Assembly: GCA_023898585.1 (NCBI GenBank) | Contig: CP060229.1 | Span: 526,763 to 590,762, forward strand | Direction of reading: 5' to 3' | DNA length: 64,000 nt | Origin: Candidatus Nomurabacteria bacterium | Lineage (GTDB): Bacteria > Patescibacteriota > Minisyncoccia > Phycocordibacterales > UBA918 | Shown: positions 1 to 9,618 of the stretch, piece after piece | Position numbering within the stretch: the first letter of the stretch is position 1 | Layout: each line of letters begins with the position of its first letter | Translations under genes and position numbers: made by a program | Notes under the pieces: generated by a model | What the model was told of the DNA's origin: nothing | Database searches by the model: none | Seen by the model: the letters and a program-made list of their open reading frames with translations, nothing else

Positions 1-1000
1 ACAATTGACAGGCGAGAAGGTTTTACTCGGTGGAAATATTCGCGGAGTTTCAAATTTGTGCCTTCTTGATGAAGTAAAAGAAGATTCTTTATGTGTAATG
101 GAACTGGACTCTTGGCAACTGCAAGGTTGGGGCTGGTCTCAAGCATCTCCCCAAATTGCCGTTTTTACCAACTTCATGGAAGACCATCTGAATTATTATC
201 AAACAGGTGGCCGATCAAAAGAAGAAGCGATGGAATTGTACTTTGCGGATAAGGCTAATATTTTCAAATATCAGGAAGAAAGCGGGACTCTGGTCACCAC
301 ACCCGAGGTGTTCGAGAGGGCGAAAAAACTTTCCGGAATATCTTTAGGCCAAGAGATAAGGTTGGTTGATGGTTCTGTAATTCCGGAGGACATACTACTG
401 TCCATGCCGGGGGCGCATAACCGCATTAACGCAGCTATGGCTTTTGAGGCGCTGAAAGCGGTCGGCTTGAACGACGAAGAGATTTTTGAAGGATTGGCCA
501 GTTTTCCCGGCGTGCCCGGACGACTTGAATATTTGGGAGAAAAGCAAGGTGTAAAAATTTATAATGATAACAACGCAACTACACCCAATGCAACTATCGC
601 CGGCCTTAAGGCGGTTGGAAATAAAGACGATAAAAACATAATTTTAATTGCTGGTGGAGCTTACAAGAACATCGACCCGACACTGCTTATTGATGAAATT
701 GATAAATACTGCAAACAGTTGATTTTATTACCGGGAACCGGCACTGATCGACTAACAGAAAGTCTCCAAAACCTTTCGATTAATCGAAAGGTTTTGGAAG
801 GTGATATAGGAGGGGTGGTTATGCAAGAGGCGGTGAAGGCCGGGCTGGCCGCAGGCCAGCCCGGCGACGTCCTTCTTTTCAGTCCCGGCTTCGCTTCTTT
901 TGGAATGTTTAAAAACGAATATGAACGCAACGATGAATTTGTAAGGTGTGTGGATGAGACGTTGCATGAAGACCAACCATCTTTTACAGAAAAAGTTTGA
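1..1000 (+). CDS. murD: UDP-N-acetylmuramoylalanine--D-glutamate ligase MurD, C-terminal part. The ORF is open to the window edge, so the 5' end is truncated.
   Basis: ORF 5..1000 translation carries Mur-ligase C-terminal motifs (SMPGAHNRINAAMAFEALKAVGL, PGVPGRLEYLGEKQGVKIYNDNNATTPNAT, DVLLFSPGFASFGMF). These are typical of MurD. Confidence 0.85.
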   Translation, partial: QLTGEKVLLGGNIRGVSNLCLLDEVKEDSLCVMELDSWQLQGWGWSQASPQIAVFTNFMEDHLNYYQTGGRSKEEAMELYFADKANIFKYQEESGTLVTTPEVFERAKKLSGISLGQEIRLVDGSVIPEDILLSMPGAHNRINAAMAFEALKAVGLNDEEIFEGLASFPGVPGRLEYLGEKQGVKIYNDNNATTPNATIAGLKAVGNKDDKNIILIAGGAYKNIDPTLLIDEIDKYCKQLILLPGTGTDRLTESLQNLSINRKVLEGDIGGVVMQEAVKAGLAAGQPGDVLLFSPGFASFGMFKNEYERNDEFVRCVDETLHEDQPSFTEKV

Positions 1001-1079
1001 CGCTCACTTTTGCGCATAGTCACGGTTTTTTGTCAGTGTACAGACTGTGCAAGGCCTTGTATTATGCTACGCTTAATCC

Positions 1080-2384
1080 ATGTTTAATCTCAACATAGAT
1101 AAAATCAAAAGGATACATTTTATCGGTGTTGGCGGCATTGGTATGTCGGCACTAGCCAGGCATTTTCTGACCGAGAAAAAGAAAGTAAGTGGGTCGGATC
1201 GGGAGCTTTCAGATCTGACAAAAGATCTAAATAGTGAAGGTATTCAAATTTTTGCTGAGCATGCCAAGAGCAATATTACTAAAGAGATTGAGTTGGTAGT
1301 CTATACCGAAGCGGTCAATGAAAAGTCTGAAGGGTACATTGAACTCCAAGAAGCAAAGAAACTTAAAATTCCCACCCTTAACTACTTCGAAGCGCTTGGT
1401 TTGGCGATGAATCCGTACTACCTCATCGCAGTGGCAGGTACACACGGCAAGACTACCACCACCGCCATGTTAACTGATATTTTTGAATTTGCCGACAAGG
1501 ACCCCACCGCCGTTATCGGTTCGCTTCGAGCTAAAACAAAGAAGAATTATCGGGCTGGTAAGAGCAAGTATGCAATAGTTGAAGCATGCGAATACAAACG
1601 TGATTTTCTGCATTTAAAACCTGATGTTTTGGTGATAACCAACATCGAATATGACCACGTTGACTATTACAGCGACCTGAAAGACGTACAGTCAGCATTC
1701 AGGTCCTTAGCTGAGCAGGTCCACGAGACGGGAGTAGTGATAGCCAACTCAACCGAGCCCAACGTTGCACCGGTCGTGGAGGGTCTGAGTGTACCGGTGG
1801 TCAATTACGTGAGTCAGATCGATCTTAACCTAGACCTCAAACAACCCGGTCTTCACAATCGACTTAACGCGGCTGCTTCTACCGCAGTAGCCAAACATGA
1901 AAAACTTAATATGGAGAAGGTGAGCGAAGCTCTTTCTGGCTTTGCCGGTACTTGGCGTCGTTTCGAGTACAAAGGAGAAATGAACGGAGCTAAGGTTTTT
2001 AATGATTACGCTCATCACCCGACGGAGATCAGAGCGACGATTGATGCTGCGAGAGAGCTTTATCCTGATAAAAAATTAACGATTGTTTTTCAACCACATA
2101 TGTACACTCGTACCAAAGCTCTGTTTAACGAATTTGCCAAAGCTGTCGGTCTCGCTGATTCTGTTATCTTTCTACCGATCTACGCGGCGAGAGAGGATAA
2201 CGAAAGTGGGGTGACCAGTCGCGAGTTGTCGGTAAAATCACTTGAGTTCACTCCCAATTCACAGTATGCGGACTCTTTTGAAATGGCTGAAAACATATTG
2301 CGACAAAGCATGAACGAAGAAGATGTTATTTTGGTTATGGGAGCCGGTGATGTAACCAAACTGGCAGACGCACTAGTCGGGTAA
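1080..2384 (+). CDS. murC: UDP-N-acetylmuramate--L-alanine ligase MurC
   Basis: N-terminal IHFIGVGGIGMSALARHFL Rossmann motif of MurC. Mur-ligase central signature AVAGTHGKTTTTAMLT and a C-terminal domain are present. 434 aa. Confidence 0.9.
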   Translation: MFNLNIDKIKRIHFIGVGGIGMSALARHFLTEKKKVSGSDRELSDLTKDLNSEGIQIFAEHAKSNITKEIELVVYTEAVNEKSEGYIELQEAKKLKIPTLNYFEALGLAMNPYYLIAVAGTHGKTTTTAMLTDIFEFADKDPTAVIGSLRAKTKKNYRAGKSKYAIVEACEYKRDFLHLKPDVLVITNIEYDHVDYYSDLKDVQSAFRSLAEQVHETGVVIANSTEPNVAPVVEGLSVPVVNYVSQIDLNLDLKQPGLHNRLNAAASTAVAKHEKLNMEKVSEALSGFAGTWRRFEYKGEMNGAKVFNDYAHHPTEIRATIDAARELYPDKKLTIVFQPHMYTRTKALFNEFAKAVGLADSVIFLPIYAAREDNESGVTSRELSVKSLEFTPNSQYADSFEMAENILRQSMNEEDVILVMGAGDVTKLADALVG

Positions 2385-2476
2385 CTTTTTCGACGGAGGT
2401 TTGTTATACCAAAAGTACGCAATTATAGTTTAAGCTCTTGTGAGCGTTTTTAAATTTTAATCAGTAATACAAATTT

Positions 2477-3424
2477 ATGTTAAAAACAGCCGAATGTGTT
2501 TCTCCACGACACCCAGACAAATTATGTGACCGGATCTCAGACGCGATACTCGATGCATATCTCGAACAAGATCCAAAGAGCCGAGTAGCGGTAGAGACCG
2601 TCGGCTCGCACGGCAGAATTTTTGTTACGGGAGAAGTAACTACTTTAGCAAAGGATGTAGACGTCGTGAAAATAGTAGAAGAAATTGCCGGATCGGGCTA
2701 TTTGATAGATGTGCATATTGTTAAACAAAGTCCGGAAATAGCGCAGGGAGTGGATGTCGGAGGAGCGGGTGATCAGGGAATTATGACCGGTTATGCGACC
2801 AGGGAGACTGATACTTATATGCCAAAAGAATACGAGCTGGCTAGAAACTTGTGTCAAAAAGTTTATGAGAAATATCCTTACGACGGTAAAACCCAAGTCA
2901 CTATCAATAGTGAAGGAGAGGTCACTTCTGTAGTTTGTAGTTTTCAAAATGCACCCGGGGAAGAGCTGTCAAAGTTGGTTAAGTCGATTATTCCGGATGT
3001 TAAAGAGTATCATATTAACCCGGCAGGGGATTGGAACCAAGGCGGTTTTGATGCTGACGCAGGATTGACGGGCCGAAAAATTATCGTCGATAATTACGGC
3101 CCGGAAGTAGCAGTCGGAGGGGGAGCGTTTTCTGGCAAAGATCCTAGCAAAGTTGATCGTTCTGGAGCTTACATGGCGCGTCGGATCGCGGTTGATTATC
3201 TTGAAAAATATCCTGAAGCCGAGACGGTGCTTGTGAAGCTGGCGTATGCTATCGGTCATCCGGAAGCTTTGATGGCGGTGGCGATTGTAGATGGGGTTCC
3301 GGAAGAGGTAGAGGGGTATGACCTGACCCCCAACGGTATCAGGACACTGCTCGGACTCGATGCACCGATTTATACAGACACTGCAGCTTGGGGACATTTC
3401 GGTCGCGGTTTCAATTGGAAATAA
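2477..3424 (+). CDS. metK: S-adenosylmethionine synthetase (methionine adenosyltransferase), compact 315-aa form
   Basis: N-terminal GHPDKLCDRISDAILDAYLEQDP matches the MetK signature GHPDK(I/L)(C/A)DQISDA. The glycine-rich GGGAFSGKDPSKVDRSGAYMAR matches the MetK P-loop. It is shorter than the typical ~385 aa. Confidence 0.8.
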   Translation: MLKTAECVSPRHPDKLCDRISDAILDAYLEQDPKSRVAVETVGSHGRIFVTGEVTTLAKDVDVVKIVEEIAGSGYLIDVHIVKQSPEIAQGVDVGGAGDQGIMTGYATRETDTYMPKEYELARNLCQKVYEKYPYDGKTQVTINSEGEVTSVVCSFQNAPGEELSKLVKSIIPDVKEYHINPAGDWNQGGFDADAGLTGRKIIVDNYGPEVAVGGGAFSGKDPSKVDRSGAYMARRIAVDYLEKYPEAETVLVKLAYAIGHPEALMAVAIVDGVPEEVEGYDLTPNGIRTLLGLDAPIYTDTAAWGHFGRGFNWK

Positions 3425-3478
3425 AACAGATCTCGTCCAAAACTAAATTTTTGGTGAGATTGGTTCTTGGTTTTTAAA

Positions 3479-3506
3479 GGTGACGAGGCGAAGCCTCGTC
3501 ACCTTT
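3479..3506 (+). terminator. Rho-independent terminator after metK
   Basis: Perfect hairpin ggtgacgagg-cgaagc-cctcgtcacc followed by TTT. Confidence 0.6.
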
Positions 3507-3522
3507 ACTACAAGACTTATCG

Positions 3523-4233
3523 GTGGTAAAGTCTCAATACTTTGAGATATCAAAGTATGTTCCTAATTTGTTTTTTAAAAGGAGATCGAAAGTGGATATA
3601 TCCGACTTGGATGATCATACTGTTGCGAATTATATTGTGCGAGGATGTCCGGTATCTCATAAACACGTGTCACCTCAAGCGTGGCTACTCGTACTGGAAG
3701 AAATCTACACAGCTAGACCAATAGCTGAGAAAATGGGTTGCCTATTTACTAGGATAAGAGATTTGCATGGAAGACAATATGTCGGGTTTCCGGTACCAAA
3801 GGCAAGGACTAAATATGTCGGGGAGGTAAGAGCTAGTACAAAGGCAAGGATGGCCCAATTAGGCAATATCAGGGGTGATCTACCTTCTTCTCCCGGCGAG
3901 GTAAAGCAACGAAGTGGTGGATTTTTGTTGCTACTACAACCTGAAAAAATTGGTGGCAGACTTACGTTTGCTTACTGGAGTTTGGTATACGAACTGACAC
4001 TATTGTCTGACATTAAGGGATTTCGCCACGATACTATTATCAGTTCACAGGTAAATACTTTGGGTGAATCTGAAGTAATTGGTATCTTAAAGGATTATCC
4101 AAATGTGGTTTTTAGTTTTCTTGACCTAGCAGACTGGGTTGGTCAAGAAGCTAAACAAGCGATGGATAAAGCTGTCAGTTTGCTTGCTTTTGCGCAAAAG
4201 GTTCGCGATATGGAGCAGAGACTACGCTCCTGA
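3523..4233 (+). CDS. Hypothetical protein. The likely true start is GTG at 3592, which sits 6 nt after an AAAGGAGA ribosome-binding site and gives 214 aa.
   Basis: 236-codon ORF with no recognisable motifs. Flanked by strong terminators at 3479-3506 and 4254-4284. Confidence 0.45.
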   Translation: MVKSQYFEISKYVPNLFFKRRSKVDISDLDDHTVANYIVRGCPVSHKHVSPQAWLLVLEEIYTARPIAEKMGCLFTRIRDLHGRQYVGFPVPKARTKYVGEVRASTKARMAQLGNIRGDLPSSPGEVKQRSGGFLLLLQPEKIGGRLTFAYWSLVYELTLLSDIKGFRHDTIISSQVNTLGESEVIGILKDYPNVVFSFLDLADWVGQEAKQAMDKAVSLLAFAQKVRDMEQRLRS

Positions 4234-4253
4234 GTTTATAGCAAGGATAGTAA

Positions 4254-4284
4254 AAGCCAGGCGGTGGCACCGTCTGGCTTTTTG
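4254..4284 (+). terminator. Rho-independent terminator
   Basis: Hairpin agccaggcgg-tggca-ccgtctggct (one G:U pair) followed by TTTTT. Confidence 0.5.
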
Positions 4285-4313
4285 TACAGCTAATGTGATA
4301 GGGTATTTACATT

Positions 4314-4988
4314 ATGAAAGGCAAGTTATCATTGGTTGCAACACCAATAGGAAATCTTGAGGATATTACCTTGAGAGCAATTCGGGTGTTGAAGGAGGCG
4401 GATTATGTTTTGTGTGAAGACACCAGGGTCACTGGCGTTTTGTTGAAGAAATATGAAATTGAAGCCAAGCTAAAGCGTTATGATGCGCATGCTAGTGAAC
4501 AAACACATCTTAATGTCATTGATGATATAAAAAGCGGTAAGCAGATAGCGCTGGTTTCTGATGCAGGAACGCCTGGAGTGAGTGACCCTGGGGTGTTGTT
4601 GGTGAGGCAAGCCCGCGAAGCGGGTGTGTCGATTGAAGTGATTCCTGGTCCATCAGCGGTAACCTCTGCTTTTTCACTAGCTGGCATATCCGGTAACCAA
4701 TTTACTTTTCTTGGTTTCGTGCCTCAAAAAAAAGGTAGAGAAACTTTTTTTAAAGGTCTCTCGTCATACAAAGAACCGGTGATATTTTTTGAATCAACAC
4801 ATCGTATCCTTAAAACTCTGGTTTCACTCAATGATCATTTGTCGAACTCTAAGTTGTATATAGCCCGTGAACTGACAAAAATACATGAAGAAATGTTAAT
4901 CGGTACAGCAGGAGAGATATTGGCCGATCTGGAGGCGGAGCCAATTCGGCAAAAGGGAGAGTTCGTTGTTATAGTAGACAACCCATAG
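4314..4988 (+). CDS. rsmI: 16S rRNA (cytidine1402-2'-O)-methyltransferase RsmI
   Basis: N-terminal LSLVATPIGNLEDITLRAIRVLKEADYVLCEDTRVTGVLLKKY is diagnostic of the RsmI / tetrapyrrole-methylase fold. 224 aa. Confidence 0.85.
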   Translation: MKGKLSLVATPIGNLEDITLRAIRVLKEADYVLCEDTRVTGVLLKKYEIEAKLKRYDAHASEQTHLNVIDDIKSGKQIALVSDAGTPGVSDPGVLLVRQAREAGVSIEVIPGPSAVTSAFSLAGISGNQFTFLGFVPQKKGRETFFKGLSSYKEPVIFFESTHRILKTLVSLNDHLSNSKLYIARELTKIHEEMLIGTAGEILADLEAEPIRQKGEFVVIVDNP

Positions 4989-5142
4989 AGTTTATTGGTG
5001 AAAACAACCTTTATTTGTAGGTTTCGAGGGGTCTGATGTAGAATACGGACAATTAGCGCAGTCTTATCTTTGAATTCATCTTAAGAAGATGGACAGGTTC
5101 GTAGCTGAGCTTTTGTATCACGACTAATTTTCACTTCATTTA

Positions 5143-5370
5143 ATGTCAAAAGAAACACTAGTATTCATCTTCGGAATAATTCTGACCATCATACCGTTTC
5201 TTGGAATACCGGAATCGTGGCGCCAGTACAGCATCTTGGGCATAGGTGTTTTTCTGATTTTGATTGGCTATGCCCTGCGCCGGAAGGTTTACTTGGAGAG
5301 TATCGATAAGGGAAATGGTGAAAGAGGGGTGGATTCTTTCGTTGAAACCACCGAGAATCTTTTTGATTAA
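5143..5370 (+). CDS. Small two-helix membrane protein (75 aa), hypothetical
   Basis: ORF with two hydrophobic segments, lying in the intergenic gap before 5390. No ribosome-binding site is evident. Confidence 0.3.
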   Translation: MSKETLVFIFGIILTIIPFLGIPESWRQYSILGIGVFLILIGYALRRKVYLESIDKGNGERGVDSFVETTENLFD

Positions 5371-5389
5371 TGTGCGGTAGAATAGAATT

Positions 5390-6727
5390 ATGAATAAGAT
5401 CGGTACGCCACTTATTGTAGTCACTTCGGCTTTTGCTGTTTTAAGTTTTGTTCCTTTATCTCACTTTGATGTCGTGACGGAAAAGGCCACGTATGCAAGA
5501 GATCAAGAAGAATCAATTGAATCCAATGAAATCAGTTCTTTGGAAGAACCAACCCCAGATATGTCGGTTGATTTAAGGGAAGTTGTCAAACATGTGCCTT
5601 TACCGGAACAAGTCAAGGCCATTTATATGACCTCGTGTGTCGCCGGCACACCAACTTTCCGAACACGTTTGGTGGAGTTGATACGTGAAACTGAAATCAA
5701 TTCTGCCGTCATTGATATCAAAGATTATTCCGGGACAATATCATTTCCCGCCCAGAGTTCCGCTTGGCAATCAGCTTGGTATGAGGCACGGTGCGGAACC
5801 AAAGACATGCCTCAATTAGTAGAGATGCTTCACGATAACGGTATTTACGTGATCGGTCGCATTACCGTTTTTCAAGATCCTTTTTACGCACCGAAACACC
5901 CCGAACTGGCAGTGCTGAGGGGTGATAAGAAAACTGTTTGGACTGATCACAAAGGATTGTCTTTTATCGACGTCGCAGCCAAACCGTACTGGGATCATAT
6001 TATAGAATTGTCAGTCGATTCATATAATATCGGCTTTGATGAGTTGAATTATGATTATGTTCGATATCCTTCGGATGGAAATATGGCTGACACTTATTAT
6101 CCCCAAAGCGTAGCTGGTAAATACGGTATGGATCGACAGGCCAATCTGGAAGAATTCTTTCGGTACTTAAATCAAGAGTTGGATAAGGAAGATAAATTTT
6201 CCACAGTCCGTCACGAGAACACCGGGCGATCCTCAAGCACCCCATGGACATCAGTCGATTTATTCGGAATGACAACAACCAACTTCGACGATCTGTCTAT
6301 CGGTCAAGTGCAAGATCGGGCAGCTCCGTATTTTGATTTTGTCGCCCCGATGGTTTACCCTTCTCACTATCCAAACAGTTTCTTAGGTCTTGGAAATCCC
6401 AACAATCATCCATACAAGGTGGTTAATTATGCGATGCAGAGTGGAGTAGACCGAATGAGGTCGAGCACCACACCTATGCAAGGTTTCTTACATACCAGAA
6501 TAGGAACCAGTACCCCGGCCATTTATTCCAAACCCGTTTACGGACCGGATAAACTTCGCACGTGGATTCAAGACTTTGACTATGGGGGAGACTATGACGC
6601 AACGGATGTGCGAGCTCAAATTCAAGCTAGTTATGATGCCGGAGTTAAGAGCTGGATGGTCTGGGCACCGTCAAATATTTATACTAGAGAGGCTCTGGAA
6701 CTTTCTAGCACAACGACAAGTTACTAG
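5390..6727 (+). CDS. Secreted/membrane-anchored protein, putative TIM-barrel glycoside-hydrolase-like (DUF4015/GHL-type)
   Basis: N-terminal hydrophobic segment. The central region (IYVIGRITVFQD...FIDVAAKPYWDHIIELSVDSYNIGFDELNYDYVRYP) resembles bacterial glycoside-hydrolase-like TIM-barrel families. The family assignment is from memory only. Confidence 0.45.
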   Translation: MNKIGTPLIVVTSAFAVLSFVPLSHFDVVTEKATYARDQEESIESNEISSLEEPTPDMSVDLREVVKHVPLPEQVKAIYMTSCVAGTPTFRTRLVELIRETEINSAVIDIKDYSGTISFPAQSSAWQSAWYEARCGTKDMPQLVEMLHDNGIYVIGRITVFQDPFYAPKHPELAVLRGDKKTVWTDHKGLSFIDVAAKPYWDHIIELSVDSYNIGFDELNYDYVRYPSDGNMADTYYPQSVAGKYGMDRQANLEEFFRYLNQELDKEDKFSTVRHENTGRSSSTPWTSVDLFGMTTTNFDDLSIGQVQDRAAPYFDFVAPMVYPSHYPNSFLGLGNPNNHPYKVVNYAMQSGVDRMRSSTTPMQGFLHTRIGTSTPAIYSKPVYGPDKLRTWIQDFDYGGDYDATDVRAQIQASYDAGVKSWMVWAPSNIYTREALELSSTTTSY

Positions 6728-6731
6728 AATT

Positions 6732-7676
6732 ATGAAAATATTAGTCACAGGAGGAGCCGGTTTTATAGGCAGTGCGGTAGCGAGATCGTTGATTGATTCC
6801 GGTCATGATGTAACGGTGGTGGATAATTTCAATGATTATTATGAAGTTTCGCTCAAACATGACCGAGTTAAAGAATTTCTGAACGGGGCGAAAGTGATTG
6901 AGGCAGACATAAGAGACAGGGACAAAATCGGAGAACTTTTTGAACAGAATAGATTTGATGTTGTTTGTAACTTGGCAGCGATGGCCGGCGTGCGGTATTC
7001 GGTCGAACATCCGGACATTTACGTGGATGTGAATATTAATGGTCTTGTCAATATACTGGAAGCGATGCGGGAACACGGTTGTTTGAGGATGGTGTCCGCT
7101 TCTAGCTCTTCTGTCTACGGTAACAGTTCAGACTCACCCTATAAGGAAAACATGGTCGCCGATCGCCCGGAGTCCGTATATGGTGCTACCAAGAGGGCTG
7201 GTGAACTTCTTCTTTACAGCTACTTTACGCTTTACGGTATCCAGGCGACGAGCTTTCGGTTTTTTACAGTCTATGGACCGTGGAGCAGACCAGACATGGC
7301 AATGCTAAAATTTGCCAAGAGGATATCTAAAGGTGAGACCATTGATGTCTACAATAACGGCAAACTAAGAAGAGACTTCACATACATAGACGATATTGTG
7401 TCAGGCTTTGTTTTAGCGGTTGAAAAACCGGTTGGTTATGAAGTGGTTAACTTGGGAAGGGGCGAACCGGTTGAACTCATGGATTACATAAAAAAACTGG
7501 AAGAAAACCTTGGCTTAAAAGCCAAAATGAATCTATTGCCGATGCAACCGGGCGATGTTTACGAGACCTTTGCCGACACAACCAAAGCTAAAGAGTTGTT
7601 TGGGTACGAACCAACGGTAAGGGTTGATGAGGGGATAGAAAGATTTGTCGAGTGGTACCGGTATTACTACTCTTGA
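6732..7676 (+). CDS. NAD-dependent sugar-nucleotide epimerase/dehydratase (UDP-glucuronate/UDP-GlcNAc 4-epimerase-like, SDR family)
   Basis: ATG at 6732 gives MKILVTGGAGFIGSAVARSLIDSGHDVTVVDNFNDYY with the Rossmann motif GxxGxxG. The SDR catalytic motif YGATKRAGE (YxxxK) is present. The track ORF 6576.. overlaps the upstream gene, so the start was trimmed. Confidence 0.8.
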   Translation: MKILVTGGAGFIGSAVARSLIDSGHDVTVVDNFNDYYEVSLKHDRVKEFLNGAKVIEADIRDRDKIGELFEQNRFDVVCNLAAMAGVRYSVEHPDIYVDVNINGLVNILEAMREHGCLRMVSASSSSVYGNSSDSPYKENMVADRPESVYGATKRAGELLLYSYFTLYGIQATSFRFFTVYGPWSRPDMAMLKFAKRISKGETIDVYNNGKLRRDFTYIDDIVSGFVLAVEKPVGYEVVNLGRGEPVELMDYIKKLEENLGLKAKMNLLPMQPGDVYETFADTTKAKELFGYEPTVRVDEGIERFVEWYRYYYS

Positions 7677-7760
7677 ATTTTTGTGCGATTGAAACAAGTT
7701 GTTGTATAATCTGAATCAGAATAGAAACCAAGAATCAGCTTACAGTTCAGGAGGATAGAA

Positions 7761-7943
7761 ATGACCGTAAGTATATGTGGTGTTTTAGTTTACGAAGAAG
7801 CGAGTGATAGTGACCTTAGATCTTTACTTAAAGAAATAGGTCGCAATGGAGAAATGGAGAGGGGAGAAGATATACGAAAGATTATAGAGTCGATACTGGA
7901 CCGGAGAAGTGAGTCCAAAATAAGTAACGATATTGTCTCGTAA
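7761..7943 (+). CDS. Small acidic hypothetical protein (60 aa)
   Basis: AGGAGGA ribosome-binding site 6 nt upstream of the ATG. Lies in a 400-nt intergenic region. A hairpin accccga-ttattt-tcggggt at ~7978-7998 follows it. Confidence 0.3.
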   Translation: MTVSICGVLVYEEASDSDLRSLLKEIGRNGEMERGEDIRKIIESILDRRSESKISNDIVS

Positions 7944-8085
7944 TCGGATTATGATAGTATAATTTTTTCCTCCCAATACCCCGATTATTTCGGGGTATTT
8001 TCATCATCAGCTAGTCTATTCTTAACCCGTTACGTGAAACATCAACGAGAGGCTGTGAGCTAATCGGTTTTGAGCGGATTGTGTA

Positions 8086-8976
8086 TTGTATTATGTAGTT
8101 ATGTCTCAAAAAACAGACTCTTCTTTTAAGTTGTATTCATATTCTGACGACCAACCGCGTAATGGAAAAGGAACTCTGATACCGACAAAGGGTCAGAGGT
8201 GTGAGTTCACGCCCATTAGCGCCAGGTCCATCGAAAAAGAATCAAAGATCAAAGCCAAAGTGGTTGTCGCCGTACTTGGTTTGTTTGTGTTGTCTGTTTT
8301 AGGGGCTACTAGTTACGGTTTGGTAGCAAAGGCAAATTTGGCCTCAGCCCCGAGTGTAACCATTGTCGACTCACATACACAAAGCGCAACCGCTCTTGAT
8401 TACGGTCCGCAAGTTGCTCTCTCTGAAACCGGTTTGTTCACTAAGACAAGAGATTCTTTTATCGATGAAAGTATGACCTTTATCGAGATAGATATAACCG
8501 AGCGTCAATTGCGTTTTTTTAAGAAGGGTATTCTGTTGCAAAGTGCAGAGATATTTAGTGTCGGAGACAAAGGTTCTTGGTGGGAGACACCCTCCGGTCT
8601 TTATAAAATTGAGAAAAAAGAAGAGAAATCTTTCACCAATATCGGTCAAGTGTACCTGCCCTGGATTCTGACTTTCCAAAGTAATTACGTCATACATGGT
8701 TTGCCGGTTTATCCAGATGGTACCGAGGTCACGGATGATTTTTCCGGCGGAGGAATACGCCTGAGTGACGAATCGGCACAAATACTGTTTAAAAATGTGA
8801 AGATCGACACCCCCGTATTGGTGTATTCGGTAAAAAAAGAAGATAGGGATACTTTCGTCTATGAACCGAAGGTGCCCGAACTCGATATACCGCATTATTT
8901 CGTGGCCGATATAGACAATGACACAATTCTTGCCACAAGTGATTTGGATGAGCAGGCCCCATTGCTTCACTTGTAA
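8086..8976 (+). CDS. Membrane-anchored YkuD/L,D-transpeptidase-like domain protein. It is the N-terminal part of a frameshift-interrupted fusion with a D,D-carboxypeptidase.
   Basis: TM helix (VVVAVLGLFVLSVLGA). YkuD-like motif IHGLPVYPDGTEVTDDFSGGGIRLSDESAQILFKNV, in which the catalytic Cys of the canonical SHGCIRL is replaced by Gly. The C-terminus (ADIDNDTILATSDLDEQ) resembles the N-terminus of PBP5-type D,D-carboxypeptidases. Confidence 0.6.
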   Translation: MYYVVMSQKTDSSFKLYSYSDDQPRNGKGTLIPTKGQRCEFTPISARSIEKESKIKAKVVVAVLGLFVLSVLGATSYGLVAKANLASAPSVTIVDSHTQSATALDYGPQVALSETGLFTKTRDSFIDESMTFIEIDITERQLRFFKKGILLQSAEIFSVGDKGSWWETPSGLYKIEKKEEKSFTNIGQVYLPWILTFQSNYVIHGLPVYPDGTEVTDDFSGGGIRLSDESAQILFKNVKIDTPVLVYSVKKEDRDTFVYEPKVPELDIPHYFVADIDNDTILATSDLDEQAPLLHL

Positions 8977-8978
8977 AG

Positions 8979-9569
8979 TTGATGACAGCGGTGGTGGCGG
9001 CCGAAAACATTGATCTTGATGGTCGCGTGCGGGTAACATCGCCAACTTTTGTCACTTCTCTCATTCCGCGTTTGTCCGAAAGAAGTAGTGTCTCGATGTA
9101 CAGCTTGCTACAGTTGTTATTAGTGGAATCGTCGAACGAAGCAGCCGAAACAATAGCGGGTGAAGTGGGCCGAGATAAATTTATCGAGGCCATGAACGCG
9201 AAAGCGAGACAACTGGGAATGATGAATACGAAATTCACCGATCCTTCGGGCTTAAGCGCCGAAAACGTTTCAACCATTGGAGATTTACATCGTTTAATAA
9301 AATACATTTACAATGATAGAAATTTCATCATTGACATCACCGCCGACAAGAAATTACCAAATGCTCATATCGGTGGTGAATTCGACGGTTTAATCAATTT
9401 CAACGAAGTCAAAGACATGGACAACTTTGTGGGAGGAAAGGTGGGTGAGACGTTGGCCGCCGGACAGACATCCATTTCACTCCATACCTTGCAAATCCAG
9501 GGAGAAGAAAGGACTGTTGTGGTAATTTTACTTGGTTCCAAGAGTCGGGCTGAAGATACAAAAAAATAA
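8979..9569 (+). CDS. D-alanyl-D-alanine carboxypeptidase (peptidase S11/PBP5-like) domain. It continues the upstream ORF after a 1-nt frame change.
   Basis: SxN motif LVESSNEAA and a KTG-like GGKVGET motif. The SxxK active-site motif (PIASLVKLMTAVV) is encoded in this same frame immediately upstream (8958-8990), but that stretch is cut off by an in-frame TGA at 8949-8951. Confidence 0.6.
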   Translation: MMTAVVAAENIDLDGRVRVTSPTFVTSLIPRLSERSSVSMYSLLQLLLVESSNEAAETIAGEVGRDKFIEAMNAKARQLGMMNTKFTDPSGLSAENVSTIGDLHRLIKYIYNDRNFIIDITADKKLPNAHIGGEFDGLINFNEVKDMDNFVGGKVGETLAAGQTSISLHTLQIQGEERTVVVILLGSKSRAEDTKK

Positions 9570-9618
9570 TTTCCCACGTCCAAAATCAGTTTGTCCACTA
9601 GTGTTATACTAAAACAAT

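Noticed and set aside
3542-3724. 60-aa ORF 3542..3724 overlapping the start of the 3523..4233 hypothetical gene in another frame
   Set aside because: It is nested in a longer ORF that has a good ribosome-binding site and GTG start. The short overlapping frame has no support.
5041-5142. Possible tRNA in the 150-nt gap after rsmI (contains ggttcgtagctgagc, reminiscent of D-loop/T-loop pieces)
   Set aside because: No acceptor-stem pairing, no GTTCGAATC T-loop and no anticodon stem could be built. It is probably promoter or leader sequence for the downstream genes.
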